A DNA stretch of 64,000 bases from IMG/VR virus record IMGVR_UViG_3300020577_002599, positions 1,841 to 65,840 of that record; one strand, 5' to 3'. This document shows, piece after piece, positions 9,305 through 22,300 of the stretch (positions are counted from its first letter, which is position 1; the number at the start of each line of letters is the position of its first letter). The translations under genes and the position numbers were made by a program. This DNA is from a virus (Duplodnaviria > Caudoviricetes). The notes below the pieces were generated by a model. That model saw nothing but the letters and a program-made list of their open reading frames with translations. It ran no database searches and was not told the DNA's origin.

Positions 9305-9735
9305 GAAAATTCCGACTTATACGTGAATATCCAGGCTCGCCAAAGCTTGGAACTATAGTTGAAAAAGAATTTGACACTTCATTTATCTATATAATAGAAG
9401 AATCTAAATTTGGAGTCAGATATGGTGTATTAAAATATCACGTTGAAGACAATCCTGAATATTAGGAAGAGGTTATCGAAAATAAGTTTATGGTATCTAC
9501 AAAATATTCATATGCATATGAAGTACATACTGTTTCATTAAACTTTAAATGTAAAGAACACGAGTATTTATTTAACACAAAAGAAGATGCTGAAGAATTT
9601 ATACTTAATCGTAAACCTTGTTTAAGTTATTCTGATTTAGTATGGAACTTTTCAGAGAACACAAAAAAAAATAGGCTTAAGGTAGATATAGATGACTTAC
9701 TTAAACTAGTAAAAGAAAAACAAAATGGAAAATAA
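9301..9735 (+). pseudogene. YPGSPKLG-type gene interrupted by TAG at 9463-9465
   Basis: ATG 9301 is in frame with ORF 9490-9735; there is one stop in context NPEY*EEV, where TGG (W) would be expected. Confidence 0.6.
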
Positions 9736-10060
9736 AAATAGTCAGTATTTGAAACTGATAAGAACTCAGGAGCAAATTATAAAAGAGTTAAAAGAAACCA
9801 ATTGGATGTACTTCTTAGCAGGTATGTCAGTAGGAGTTCTTGCCACATATTTAATTATTTTTTTAACAACTATAATAGTAAAATAAACCATGAGCTGTAT
9901 ATCGCATCAAATCGAATTAGAAAGGCTTCAAAAAGAACTAGAAGAAGTAAAGAAAGAGATAGAGTTTTATTATTTACAAGGGCATAATGATGAAAACCTT
10001 AACATGAAATATCATAAACTACTATCAGAAATAAATGGAACTAAATTAAGTAAATTTTAA
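9725..10060 (+). CDS. Two small ORFs not in the track: 9725-9886 (53 aa, one TM helix) and 9890-10060 (56 aa, coiled coil)
   Basis: Manual translation; they fill the gap on the + strand. Confidence 0.55.
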
Positions 10061-10065
10061 AACGT

Positions 10066-10572
10066 ATGAATCAAACATCAATAAACTTTTTAAAGAATCA
10101 AGAAGGTAAATATCTTAACTTTAAAGACATGAATTCAGTCTATTATACAGATTCGTTCATTCAAGCAACTCCAATACCAAATATGAAAGATGCAATTAAA
10201 TTAGCATCACACTTTAATCTTGAAATTAAATCAGTCGATTTAGAGCTTTTTAAGAAAGAATATTCTTTAGTTGTATCGAGAATGCTAATTGTTGGAGATA
10301 TGTTCTTAAATGAGCTAAAAAGATGGAATAACGAGATTCCTATACTTAAAGTAAATAAGCATACCAGAAATGCAGTTCAAAATGCTTTAGGTAAGTTAAA
10401 AGATTTCCATAAACTTTCTAATGATGTAGCTAAAAATGGTACAGAAGAACTATTCTTTGAGGCTTCAGGTGATTTCGAAGAGATGATTAGAGAGCTTTCT
10501 TTTGCTTTAGACAACAACACCATGAAGGATGTAATTAAGAAAATTAAAGGAAGAAGTAAAAAAACTGCCTAA
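10066..10572 (+). CDS. Hypothetical protein
   Basis: 168-aa ATG ORF in the operon. Confidence 0.7.
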   Translation: MNQTSINFLKNQEGKYLNFKDMNSVYYTDSFIQATPIPNMKDAIKLASHFNLEIKSVDLELFKKEYSLVVSRMLIVGDMFLNELKRWNNEIPILKVNKHTRNAVQNALGKLKDFHKLSNDVAKNGTEELFFEASGDFEEMIRELSFALDNNTMKDVIKKIKGRSKKTA

Positions 10573-10629
10573 AAATTTGTTTCTTATTTAATTTGTTTAT
10601 ATTTTTACCTCAAAGTATAATAAAAAACT

Positions 10630-11097
10630 ATGAAAAAGGTAAGAACAGGAAGAAAAATGATTAACAGTGTTGCTACAACGATAGACGGAGTAAAAATGAA
10701 GTCTAGACTTGAAGGAACTATGTATCAACTTCTTAAGAGTAACAAAATACCATTCAAATATGAGTCGGATAGTTTTATATTATCTGACTCTTTTATTTTT
10801 GATAACGATTACTACGCAAGACTTTCTTCTGGTAAAGGAGATTACTGTAATAGGGGTTACAAAAGAGTTAATACAATAACTTATAAACCTGATTTTATAA
10901 TCAAGACAGACAACTACTTTGCTATAATCGAAACAAAAGGGTATGCTACTGAAGCATATAACATGAGAATGAAGTTGTTTAAGTCTTACCTTAATAGAAA
11001 CAATATAAACTGCGACATATTTGTTCCACAGATAAAGTCAGAGTGTTTAGAAACGGTAGAAATAATTAAAAATAAATTAAAAGCAAATGGAAAGTAA
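10630..11097 (+). CDS. PD-(D/E)XK nuclease (DUF1064 / T7 endonuclease I-like resolvase)
   Basis: KSRLE, FKYE, YKPDF and IIETKG motifs. Confidence 0.75.
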   Translation: MKKVRTGRKMINSVATTIDGVKMKSRLEGTMYQLLKSNKIPFKYESDSFILSDSFIFDNDYYARLSSGKGDYCNRGYKRVNTITYKPDFIIKTDNYFAIIETKGYATEAYNMRMKLFKSYLNRNNINCDIFVPQIKSECLETVEIIKNKLKANGK

Positions 11098-11320
11098 AGC
11101 AACACAACGCCAAATCAACAGGGCTGAATTAGAAAGCGAGAGAGTAATCAATATCAATCGTATTATGAAGAAGGTACATCAAGCATCTGACTTCTTATAC
11201 GAGTCTATGATGGATAGAGAAAAGGCTTATAGTATATCAGCTTGTAATAAATTAATAGAGTATTCTGAAGAAATAAAGAATAACGTAGAAAAATTCACAA
11301 GGGATGGAGAAAACCACTAG
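11087..11320 (+). CDS. Hypothetical protein
   Basis: 77-aa ORF overlapping both neighbours. Confidence 0.6.
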   Translation: MESKATQRQINRAELESERVININRIMKKVHQASDFLYESMMDREKAYSISACNKLIEYSEEIKNNVEKFTRDGENH

Positions 11321-12905
11321 AGTAATAAAAAATGAAGATATTATAAATAGAATATCTGAACTTTACAAGAAAACTGGAAACATAACTCAGTCTTGTATTA
11401 ACGCTTGTAATGAGTTCGAAGTTAATTACAACGACTCTCTAAGAAGGTCTTTTAGCGGGAAGTTGAAGAATCTTGGTATATCTGAATACAAAGAACCTAT
11501 AGAGGCTTCTGATGAGTTTGAGATTGCTAAAAAGAAAGAGCATAACTCAGAAAAACAAAGATTTATAGTATCTTGGGCGCAATCAGAAACAGATGTGTTT
11601 GAGCCTTTTTTAGAGAACATTAAAGCTTATGCTGATTATATTGATGCTGAAATACTTATTGTTGCTGGAAGATATAGAAACCCTGTGTCTTTAAAGGATA
11701 GTCAAAACCTATCTCAGTCTGAGAAAGACAATAAAGAGTCTTATTGGTGCAATAGTATATCTAAGTACTTGACAGCTAACAGACACAATCTTCATCCTCA
11801 TTTAGTAGTAGCTTCTGATGTAAAGATTCAACCTACCGCTTCAACTCCATTATCAGGTCTTAATTCTTTAACTGGATTGGAGAGTTGTATTTTTGGTCAT
11901 CCAAGAGTTCACTTTGATTCTCTACCTGTGTTAGAGGGATACCCAAGTAAGGTTTTATTAACAACAGGAGCTGTTACAATACCAAACTATACAGATACAA
12001 AAAGTGGAAAGAAAGGTGAGTTTCATCATTCTTATGGTTTTGTTGTGGTGGAACTTGATGGAGAATACTTTCACGTTAGACAAGTAACCGCTTCTGATGA
12101 TGGTTCTTTTTATGACCTTGATGTTTTGGTTGACGAAGGAGTGATAGTATTGAATCAGACAGCAGAAGTAATTGTTTTTGGAGACCTTCATATTGGAGAC
12201 CACTGCGAAGAATCTGTAGATTTATCTTTAAATGTAGCTAGAAAACTAAAAGTCAACCACGTTATAGCTCACGATTTATTTAATGGTAAGTCAATATCTC
12301 CACACGACAGTAAGAGTCCTTTTGAATTATTAAGAAAAGAAGAATCTGGTCTTGATAATTTAGTTGAAGAGATATCTGAAGTTGTAGATTTCTTAGATGA
12401 AAATCACGATTTAGATTTTATTGTAGTTCGTTCAAATCACGATCTATGGCTCGATAGATGGTTAAATGATACTGACTGGAGAAAATGTAATAACAAAATG
12501 ACGTACCTAAAACTTGCTTCAGCTATGGCAGATGATAAAGAATGTAAGGGTGCTTTAAACGTTATACTAAAAATGAATGGTGTTAGAAATGCTTATTGTT
12601 TAGATTTGGATGAGTCTTTTAATGTCAATGGTTTTGAGCTTGCCATACATGGACATCAAGGTGCTGGAGGTAGTAGAGGTTCTATGGTCCAATACAAGAA
12701 TCTTAATACCAAGAATATTACGGGTCATAGCCATGTTCCACGCAGAATTGATGGGGCATTATCTGTTGGTACACTAACTAAATTACGACTTGGATACAAT
12801 AAAGGTCTTAGTGCTTGGATGAATTCAAATGTAATAGTTCATCACAATGGAAAGGCACAACATATAAATATTATTAACGGAAAAATAACAACCTTATGGA
12901 AATAA
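11304..12905 (+). CDS. Large phage metallophosphoesterase-domain protein
   Basis: C-terminal GDLH, AHDLF, SNHD, IHGH and GHSH metal-binding motifs; N-terminal HTH-like region. Confidence 0.75.
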   Translation: MEKTTRVIKNEDIINRISELYKKTGNITQSCINACNEFEVNYNDSLRRSFSGKLKNLGISEYKEPIEASDEFEIAKKKEHNSEKQRFIVSWAQSETDVFEPFLENIKAYADYIDAEILIVAGRYRNPVSLKDSQNLSQSEKDNKESYWCNSISKYLTANRHNLHPHLVVASDVKIQPTASTPLSGLNSLTGLESCIFGHPRVHFDSLPVLEGYPSKVLLTTGAVTIPNYTDTKSGKKGEFHHSYGFVVVELDGEYFHVRQVTASDDGSFYDLDVLVDEGVIVLNQTAEVIVFGDLHIGDHCEESVDLSLNVARKLKVNHVIAHDLFNGKSISPHDSKSPFELLRKEESGLDNLVEEISEVVDFLDENHDLDFIVVRSNHDLWLDRWLNDTDWRKCNNKMTYLKLASAMADDKECKGALNVILKMNGVRNAYCLDLDESFNVNGFELAIHGHQGAGGSRGSMVQYKNLNTKNITGHSHVPRRIDGALSVGTLTKLRLGYNKGLSAWMNSNVIVHHNGKAQHINIINGKITTLWK

Positions 12906-13279
12906 ATAAAGCAATTGAAATGGTGTCACAATTTATGATAGCTTGTGACCAAGAAGTAAAGAATAGACCTTCTAATGTAGAAGATAAAACAGCGTCTTTA
13001 AGATATCACCTTATGTCTGAAGAAAATAGAGAATATTTTGTTGCTTGTTTGCAAGATAATAAAGTAGAAATTCTTGACGCTTTAATTGACATGGCTTACA
13101 TCTTATTTGGTACAGTTGCTTCTCACGGAATGACTGAAGAGTTTGTAAAAGGATTTGAACTCGTACACGAGAATAATATGACTAAAGTTCAGGAAGATGG
13201 TAAGGTTATGAAGAACCCTGATGGTAAGGTTTTAAAACCACTAGGATATACACCTGTTAATTTGAAAGGATTGTTATAA
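12896..13279 (+). CDS. MazG-like / PRA-PH family nucleotide pyrophosphohydrolase
   Basis: EENRE...EILDALIDMAY...VHENNMTK...DGKV.KP motif set. Confidence 0.85.
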   Translation: MEINKAIEMVSQFMIACDQEVKNRPSNVEDKTASLRYHLMSEENREYFVACLQDNKVEILDALIDMAYILFGTVASHGMTEEFVKGFELVHENNMTKVQEDGKVMKNPDGKVLKPLGYTPVNLKGLL

Positions 13280-13315
13280 AAAAAGAGGGGATTAATTTCC
13301 CCTCTCTTCTTTTTC
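13279..13315. terminator. Bidirectional rho-independent terminator between convergent operons
   Basis: A6-GAGGGG-ATTAATTT-CCCCTC followed by a T-rich tract. Confidence 0.8.
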
Positions 13316-16300
13316 TTAGTTAGCAGACCTTCCGTTTACCTTTAGGTCTTTGTTTTCGTTATAGCTAGGAAATCTTGATTTTAATTTAGTTTCCTTAACT
13401 CCTGGAATAACCCTTGACTTCTTAAACTGCTCATCAAGACGGTCTTGCTCAACTTTCTTCTTATCTCTAAGAATATCAATCTTGGTTTTAGATATATCCT
13501 TTAAAATATTCTCCTTGTACTTACCGTTTGTTTCTTGATAGATAACATCGTTCTTCATCTTAGAGTTTATTTTAGCAAGGTCGTTTACTCCTAATATACC
13601 CATAGGTGTAAATCTTATAAGATCAGGTAAAGAGTAATCGCTATATCTATACTTATCAAACTTCTGAAAAACAGGGAATAAAACATTTACAGCGTCATCA
13701 ATAAGACTTGCATCTTCCTTTAATTTATACTTAACAGGTGATTGGAATATACCATCCTTGTAAACATCGTAACCTCTCTCTCCTCTTTTAGACTCAGTTA
13801 TAAGTTTATTAGCAAATTCAGCTGAGTAATTAGCTGCTGCTTTACCAAAGTTGTTTGACCTTGAGAACATCATACCCATTAAAAGCTTAAGACCTTCAGT
13901 GTTTCTTACACTTTCTAGAGAAGTATCTGTTCTATAGTCAGATAACGTACTAGCTACCTTAGTTATAAGCAATCTATCTATAGCACCTCCAGACTCTCTT
14001 ATAGCTCTGTTGTTTAGGAAATCTATTTTTGACATATACTCCTCTACTTTAAGAATGTTTCCATCTATTTCTTCTTGAGTAAACATTTTATATCCTTGCT
14101 CTGAGTTTAGGATTCCCAACACCTCTATAATGTCTTCTCCAGACTTACCAAAACCATTGTCTATATCTGTAAAGAATCCATCAACTACAGACCTATCGTA
14201 CTCATAGTTACCTTGATTAATTTGATTTACCTTACTTCTAACTTGTATATCGAATAAGTCCCTGTTTAGGTATCCGTACATTATGTCGTATGCTTTAGCA
14301 AATTCTTTATTACTCATCAACTTATCCCTCATTTCGTTATATCTAGCTAAGTCATCTATGTTAAGCTGAATTATATTTCCTTCAGCATCCTTCTGTATTG
14401 GAAAGTCCAATAAAGAACTATTAACATATTTAATAAAGTCGTCATTATCTGATAGCTTATCAAATGATTTTTTTAATTCGTCTTCATCATCATCATCTCC
14501 TTTAAATGCATTCCATAAAGCAGAAGTTATATAGTTAATAGATGCAGAGTACATAGCTAACCTTACAGCTCCACCAATTAATTTTCTAGCTTCTCTACTG
14601 TCTTGATTCTCTATATAAGTATTAATTGAAGTATTTATTGCATTTCTTGCGTTCATATCAAAGCTACTGAACAAGTAAGCTGCTTTATTTCTAAGTGCGC
14701 CTATAGCACCAGCTAAAGAACTCTTAACTGGTTTCTTTGCAATCTCCATTATACCAACCTTCTTCTCCATTGGGTTTGTACTTCCGTATAAATCAGCGTT
14801 CTCTTGATTAGCTTTATTAGATGCCTTCTTTATAGCATCCTTGTATCTCTTAAGGTACTCAACATCACCTCTAGCTATCTTTTCAACATCAACCTCAACA
14901 CCTGCTTGTTTCTTGAATTCTTCATAGAACACTCCGTTCCAAGACATTCCGTAAGGTTTAACGTCACCAAATCCTAATAGCAAATCAACAGCACCAGATG
15001 TAGCAGATGTTATAGGATCTGTGATTCTGGCTTTTATTTTAGTTCCTATATTAGAAGATGGAAGTCCTTTTGATAATACACCTCTGTTAGCTCCTCTATT
15101 CATAAACTCAGTTCTCTCTGTGCTTATTTTCTTAGAAGAAATCATTTTGTTAATATCAGAAGCCTCTGCGTTCTTGTAGAAGTTTCTAAGAATCTCTGTT
15201 CCACTCTCATCATCTTTCTTTATAGCTAAAAGATTATTCAAAACCCTTCTGTTGTTTGCTAATATCTTAGGACTTATAGTGGCTAATTGAACCATATTTC
15301 CAAGAAAATCGACACCTCTACTTATTACGCTACCTAAAGCTAACGTATAAAAAGACTTATCCATCGCATTTAAAACATCATCAGCAAGAGTCTGCTCTGT
15401 ACCAACAACTCCATTTGTAAGCAATTCGAACTGAGAGTCAACAGCTTTTTTTATACCGCTTAAGTATGATAAAACCTCTTTGTTATTTGTATTCTCAATC
15501 TCTAATTCAGACAGTGCTTGCTTAAGTGCCTGATACTCTGTTCTAAGTTGGTGTTGAAATATAGTACTCTTTATACTTGAAAATGCAGTAGAGAAAGGGT
15601 TCATATCAATTGGATGAGCTGTTCCTGTTTTTTCTTCTAAATTTCCAGATTTTATAGACACAACATTTGAAATTCCAAATCTATTCTTAAGCTTAACTAA
15701 ATCCTGCTCAGCCTGATTTTTAAGACTATTCATAACAGGGTAGTAAGCGTTGATCATTGGAGATGCATTTGAGTTTTGGAAGAAGTTAGCCTCGTAAGCA
15801 TTTATCTTATTATCATCCAATACCTTTCTTATTGCGTTAACAGCATTTAACTCTTCCTTAGTTAATTCTTCTATTTCATTGTTGTTGGCTTTAACTTTGT
15901 TTACAAATGCTTGTATCAATTCTTTAGCTCTGTTGTTTTCAGCTATCTTAGAATTTGGATCTGAAAGTGTTGCTTCGAAATACTCCATAGCAGAAACTTC
16001 TGATTTAGTTCCTACGTTGTTTTTAGCCATAGCATCTATAAGATGATAAACAATCTTCATGTAAGACTCTTGAGGGTTTTTAGATTTCTTATCTAAATCC
16101 TTCTTAACTTTTAAAAGGATTGTTTCGGCTTTCTCTTCAGCAGAAGAAACTCTAGCCATAGCTTTTCCAAATCTTGACATTATATTGTTAAAAATAGGTG
16201 TTTCACCATAAACCTTAACAGCCGCATCAATTGAAGAGAAATTAAAGAACTTAATTCTTCTATCTATTATTTCTTGTTTTAAATTACCGTTCTTTATTCC

Positions 16301-19300
16301 ATTCCATATAGCAGACATAGGAAGACCTATAACCTCTCTAAGTTTTAGTAAAGGTTTAATTAATTTAGCTTTGTATATACCTTTCTTACCTGCCTTAGAT
16401 AAAGTTTCTGTAAAAGTCTTCTTGTGGTCTTGTTTTAACTTGTACTTGTGTATTTCGTTAGCATAAGAAACCAAAACATCATTGTAAACCATAGAGTTCA
16501 ATGCATTAAATACATTGTTAAGCATATTTTCTGGCATAGACTCTATATCCTCATCCGTTAAATTAGATAGATTCTCTAAAATATCCCACTCTATACTTCC
16601 TTTTTCAGCAATAGAAGACGCAAAAACATCAGAAATAAAAGGTAACAATTCTTTTATCTTCCTTTTCTTCTCAGCTATCTCAGCTTGTTTCTTAGCATCT
16701 CTGTCAGCTTTCTTAGCTTCCTTCTCTGCTATAGATTCAGGAGTTTCTCTTTCACTGAATTCAGACTTATTATCCTCCAAAAACTTAGATTCAGCAGAAT
16801 TTAATGTTCCTCCAGCATCTATGATTTGTTGTATTCTGTTTACCTCGCTAACATGGTCTGTGTATGGACTAATTATTCTATCGTATAAGTCATTTATAGC
16901 TTTTAAGTCTGTCTCTTTTATAGCTAAAGACCTTTCAGCTAATCTATTTATGTAGTCCTTGTATTGAGAGAAATCATCATCAGATAACACTTTTTTAAGT
17001 ATATTTGGATCTAACATTGTTAATCCCACAACCTTAGATGACATAACCTTGTCCATATCACCTTCTTTGTCAAGCTTACCTACCTTACCAGACATAACGT
17101 TGCTATAAGCATTTTTACTGTCAGCCTTAGCTTTATTTACATCCCTATTTGTATATAGATTATCTAATATGTCGTTTACTTCTAAAAGTTTTTCTTCGAA
17201 GTTTTGGTCTGTTACGCTTTGAACTTTAGAAATTATAGAAGATATAGCTCTTTTACCTATATCACCAGCCTCTAAATCTTGTATTGCAGATTTTACGAAC
17301 TTATTGACATCCTTCTTAAGACCATCTATAACCTTATTTCTGTCTTTTTGGATTTTTAAAGCCTCTTTTGCTGCGGAAAAAATACTTTGTATTTCTTTTT
17401 TAGCGTCAGATAATTCCTTTTTGTTTGCTTCTTTTGAAAACTTAACATCTACTCCTTTTGTCTCTTTTGATGTTATCTCTTTACCTCCAAGCAATGAAGA
17501 TAAAGACCTATCTAAGAATTGGTTTAAATTTAAATTTTGTAATTCAGTAGCGGACATCTTGTCAAAAGACTTGAAGTTTGATTTAACATAGTTGAATACA
17601 GCATTAAGCCAATTAATAAATTTAGATCTTATACCAGCCTCTATAATTGTTTCACCTTTATTTGCAATTAATTCAGCCATAGCCTCGTCTCTAGCTAATT
17701 CGTTATCTCCAAATTCTACTATCTTATCATTAAGTATACTTGTTCCTTCAAGTAAATCATAGCCTTTTTTAAGTAAGCTTGGATTATTTTCTTTAAGGAA
17801 CGCTGTCCATATGTGTGAGTACTCGTGTATAGCTGTATTTGAATTTGCTTTATCAGGATTTAAAAATACTTTACCATCTTTTGTAAACCCATATACAACA
17901 TCTCCATCTTTAATAAATCTCTTAACATTTGGATTCTCAAGTTCTTTTAAGAATTCTTCTCTAGTATCTACTATAGTAACTGATGGGAATGCAGGTTTTA
18001 ACTTACCAAGAAGTTTCTGAAGTTCAGTCATCTTAGTAGATATCTTTGCACCTCTAAATGCTTTTATTCCAACTACAGCTCCTCCAGCAGCAACAGACTG
18101 TCTAACAGCTGTTTCAGGCGAAGTAGGAACTCCAGATTTATTCTCTTTTTGTAGGTAAATTGATTTACTGTACATTTCTGGAAATACGTCAGCAGCGTGA
18201 ACAGGATTCTCTAAAATCCCTATCAATTGTCCTTTTACTCCAAATGGATAATTTTGATGATCAACTTTAGTGACACTTGGATTTAAAACGTCAACCCCTA
18301 CAACTGAAACTATGTGGCTATCTGGGATAGATGCTGTAGCTGGTTCAGATATTAAATTATTTATAGTCTGTAAATGAACGTATTTATAATCATCTTTGTT
18401 CTCCCTAACTAATGCGCTACCAGCATTACTTTTTGGTTTTCCAGGACTAGTCTTAGCTCCTAACTTTACATCTCCAGTAAAGACAAATCTTGTAATGTCA
18501 GGTCTTTTAGATATACTTAATTCTTTTATATTATCTAAAACCTCATCTATTGTATTCTGTTTTGACACGAAATCAATAACATCTTGATCTATATCTTTTG
18601 CATATTTTAAATCTTTTAATAAACCATTTTTAGATGCAATTCGTTTAGCCTTACTAAATTTTTTCTTAAATGTATCTGATGCAAATCTAAATAAAGCCTC
18701 ATTACTCTTTATAGATGTTTGACCCATTTTAACTACAGCCATAGGAACGTGACCATTAGGTATTTTACCTTCACTCCATAATCTATTAAAAAGATCTTTA
18801 TTTTTAGAGTAAACTTCTGTAGCTCTTTGAAGCATATTATTTGCCTCAGCTTCAGTAGTATTTGCCCAAGCATTACCTTCATTTCCTTCAGTCATATTAA
18901 AACCAATACCACCTTTTACATCTATAGTATTTCCTGTAAATGGATTTTTAATTTTACCAGATGTTAATTGATCAGATATTGTAAATATGAATGGAACACC
19001 ATCTAATTCTGAGATATCTTTTATTGTCTTAACTTTATCATTAAATCTTTCAGTTAAGCTTCCAATGTTTGTTTTCTCTTTAGTAGTCAGATTAGATGGT
19101 ATATCAAATTTAGCAACTTCTTCTGGCATAGAATTCATTTCTTCTGTTATTAAATCAACAGTAGATCCGTCTACTTTTATTTTTGATTTTTGAAACTTAG
19201 GAGCTTGATCAGATATAAGCTTATCTCTATAAGCTATCATATCATCATACCCAGTATCTTTATTGTCAAATGTTTTTTCCTCTATATTTAACTCTCCTTT

Positions 19301-22300
19301 TGGATCATAAACCATAGCTACAACATCTGGAGTTCCGTGTTTCTCTTTGTTCCATCCTTCAGGAGCAAATTCCTCATTGAATGGAGTTTTAGATACAACT
19401 CTAAATCCAGCTTTCTCATATTGTTTTGTTAGGTATCCATCAAAATTATCTAATTTAATACCTCCCAACTCTACGGCTTTCTTAAGTAAATCTTGAGCAA
19501 CTCCTTTAGAATTAGATTCTGGTTTTTTAAATACACCTACTATGTCTCCGTCTGGTTTAACCATAGCTGCGCCATCTTTTGTATCTATAATTTTACCTTT
19601 AGACGCATCTTCTAGTGTTACAGAACTTACATACCAATATGTTTCAGGATCAGAATTCTTAACATCATTCAATTTATCTACATAGTTATTTACTTTTTCT
19701 TGACTTTGTTCGGCAACGACTTGATTGATTTTGTCTCCTTGCTCCATTTCTTGCAATCCCATTTTGGATTGTTCTGGTTGTAGCACGCCTTCATCTGTGA
19801 TTTGCTTTTGAACGGCATCTGTTTCTGTTTTAGGTGTTAATTTTACTTCTTCTTGTGACTGCAACTCTGTTTTTTGCTGTGTTGCGTCAACGGTTTCTGC
19901 TTCTGTAGCGGTTGTAGGCTTTTCTTGCTCGGAAACTTGTCCTGTAGTTTGCTTGTTTGATTCATTTTCTTTGTCTTTTTTGTATAAATCTTTTATTTCC
20001 TCTCTTTTCTTTTCTATTTTTTCATCTATGTCTGAATGAAAAGCTTTGTCTAAATTTTGTTTTTGATATTCTAATTTAGAAATTTCATCTAAACCTTTAG
20101 CTACATCTAGAACTATTTCAGCAGATGTGTCTTTTGGTATTTTATTTTTATTTTGAGAATAAACTCTTAAATCTTCTTTAGACTTCGAATGTTCTTCAGA
20201 TGTTATTACATTGTTAGATAAAAGCTCGTCTAATCTTTTGTTGCTTAAATCAACGTTATTTGAAGCTACATCTAAATTAGATAAATAATCTTTTTTGCTA
20301 AATGTACCTCCTGCGTTTCTAAGCATAATAGGGATTCCTCCAGCAATAAAAGTAGATGGCAACATACTTATTATTTCATCAGCTGTCATTTCGCTTTGAA
20401 GTATTTCTTTACCAGCTTGTTCGTTTATAGATTGGTTTACTCCATAAACAATTCCAGCTTGTTGAATTTCTTCTTGAAAAGTTTCTTTTGTTCCTTCTTC
20501 AAAGAACTCTTTAAGACTGCTTATACCTTTGTTTAAAAATTTAACATATGCAGGTTTTCCTTTTTTAGCATAAATATCTATAGCTTCTTTTATAAGTTCA
20601 TTTTTTTTCTTTACAAAAGATGCTTTTGATTGAGGAGATATTCCAGAAGTAACTAAATAAAGACCAGCTGTTTTTATGGCAGCATCATTAGCTAAGGCTT
20701 TAGCTTCAGAGTCTGATATACCAGCTTCTTTAGCTACTACAAGTGTGTTCTCTAAACCTTCTGAATATCCTAAAAAAGTTTGAGCTGTTGCAGATGAAGC
20801 CATTCCTTGAGATACTGGTACTTTAGACAGTATAGATAGACCTTCTTTAGATAAACCACTTTTTACAATATTACCTCCTGCTCCAGCACCTCTTGTTAAA
20901 GCTATCTGTAAAGCTAAGTCAGCTAATACATTTGTTGTTTGCACAGTAGCCCCTGTCCACGAAAATAAATTGTCATCTTCTCCTTTTTCAGCTGCTTTAG
21001 TTATTAATTTATAATCTGTATTTGTAAATAAATCTGTAACTCTTTTCTTTAAATTGTAATCGTATATTTGACCATTTGAATCAACTAAGTATTCATTGCC
21101 ATCATACATTACTTTTTTACCACTTACATAGCTTATATCTCTGTTTTCTGGTCTTTTAAAAGCATCTTCTTCAGCCGAAAATCTAATTTCTTTAGCAGTA
21201 CCTTCCATTCCTATTAAGTCGTAGACTGTAGATGATATGTTGCTAACCCTATTACTTATTGTTTCAGAAAGACCGCTACCAATCTTTTTTAATGTTTGCC
21301 AACTAAAAAAGTCACCTTTGTTTTTCTTTGTTTCTTCCCATTGCTCCTTTTCTTTTATCTTTCTTTCTTCTATGCTTTTAGCATAAGTAGGAAACGTATC
21401 CTTTATATAGTCTCCAAATTGTTTATCACTAACAAATGTAAATTTAGACACATTTCTATCTATGTCTTCAGAAGTAGCTTTTGGATTTTCTTTTTTATAT
21501 TCTATAACTCTTTTGTCATAATCTCTTTGATTTCTATCAGAAATATACATAGATAAGTAATCCACAAGTCTTTTCTCTTTCATTAATCTTGCGTTGTAGT
21601 TTTCAGAAAAAACACCTCTATCTTCATTGTATAATCCAGAAGAAATATCTTTATTCAAATCTAATAAATACCCTTTTTTTCTTAAAAAACCATCAAAATC
21701 ATCTTTATTTATAGGTAGGTTAGACAAGTTGTCTGTATATAATTCATTAACTTGATTATCTCCACCGTTCTTTGAATTTGAGTAGTAGAGATATGGATTT
21801 GGTAAATTATAATCGTTGGCTAAAATTAAGTTATCATAATTGACTTTAACTGGCTTGTTTGACTCTTTAACTTGATCAACAAACGGTTTTGATTGTTGAT
21901 CTAACATTTCTGTAAAACTTTTTGGTTTTAATAGGTCTTCAATACCACCTCCAGAGTATATGTCTAATTTTATTGATCCATCACTAATAAGTGCAGATGT
22001 AGGTGGAAGCAATCCTTCAGCTTGTTTCATTTCAACCTCTGAAGTTATTCCTTTTGATTTTATTTCTTCTTTACCAGATGTCATTCTTGAAACAGACTCA
22101 TTCATTCCGACCCTATCAGAAAACAATATATTCCCACTCATATCTGTGGAAATTTTACTTGTTTTAGGAACATTTAATTGAGCATCTTTACCAAGAACAG
22201 GCATTGATTTTAATTCCTCTTTCTTTTTAGCTTCTTCTTTTTTCTTTACTTCTTTAAATTCTTGTGTTTTTTGTTCTTGAAAAGTTTGAATAGGAGGACC

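Noticed and set aside
4544-9465. Stop-codon reassignment (TAG or TAA as sense)
   Set aside because: All long core genes are open in code 11, and TAG/TAA end many tightly packed genes; only isolated accessory genes are interrupted.
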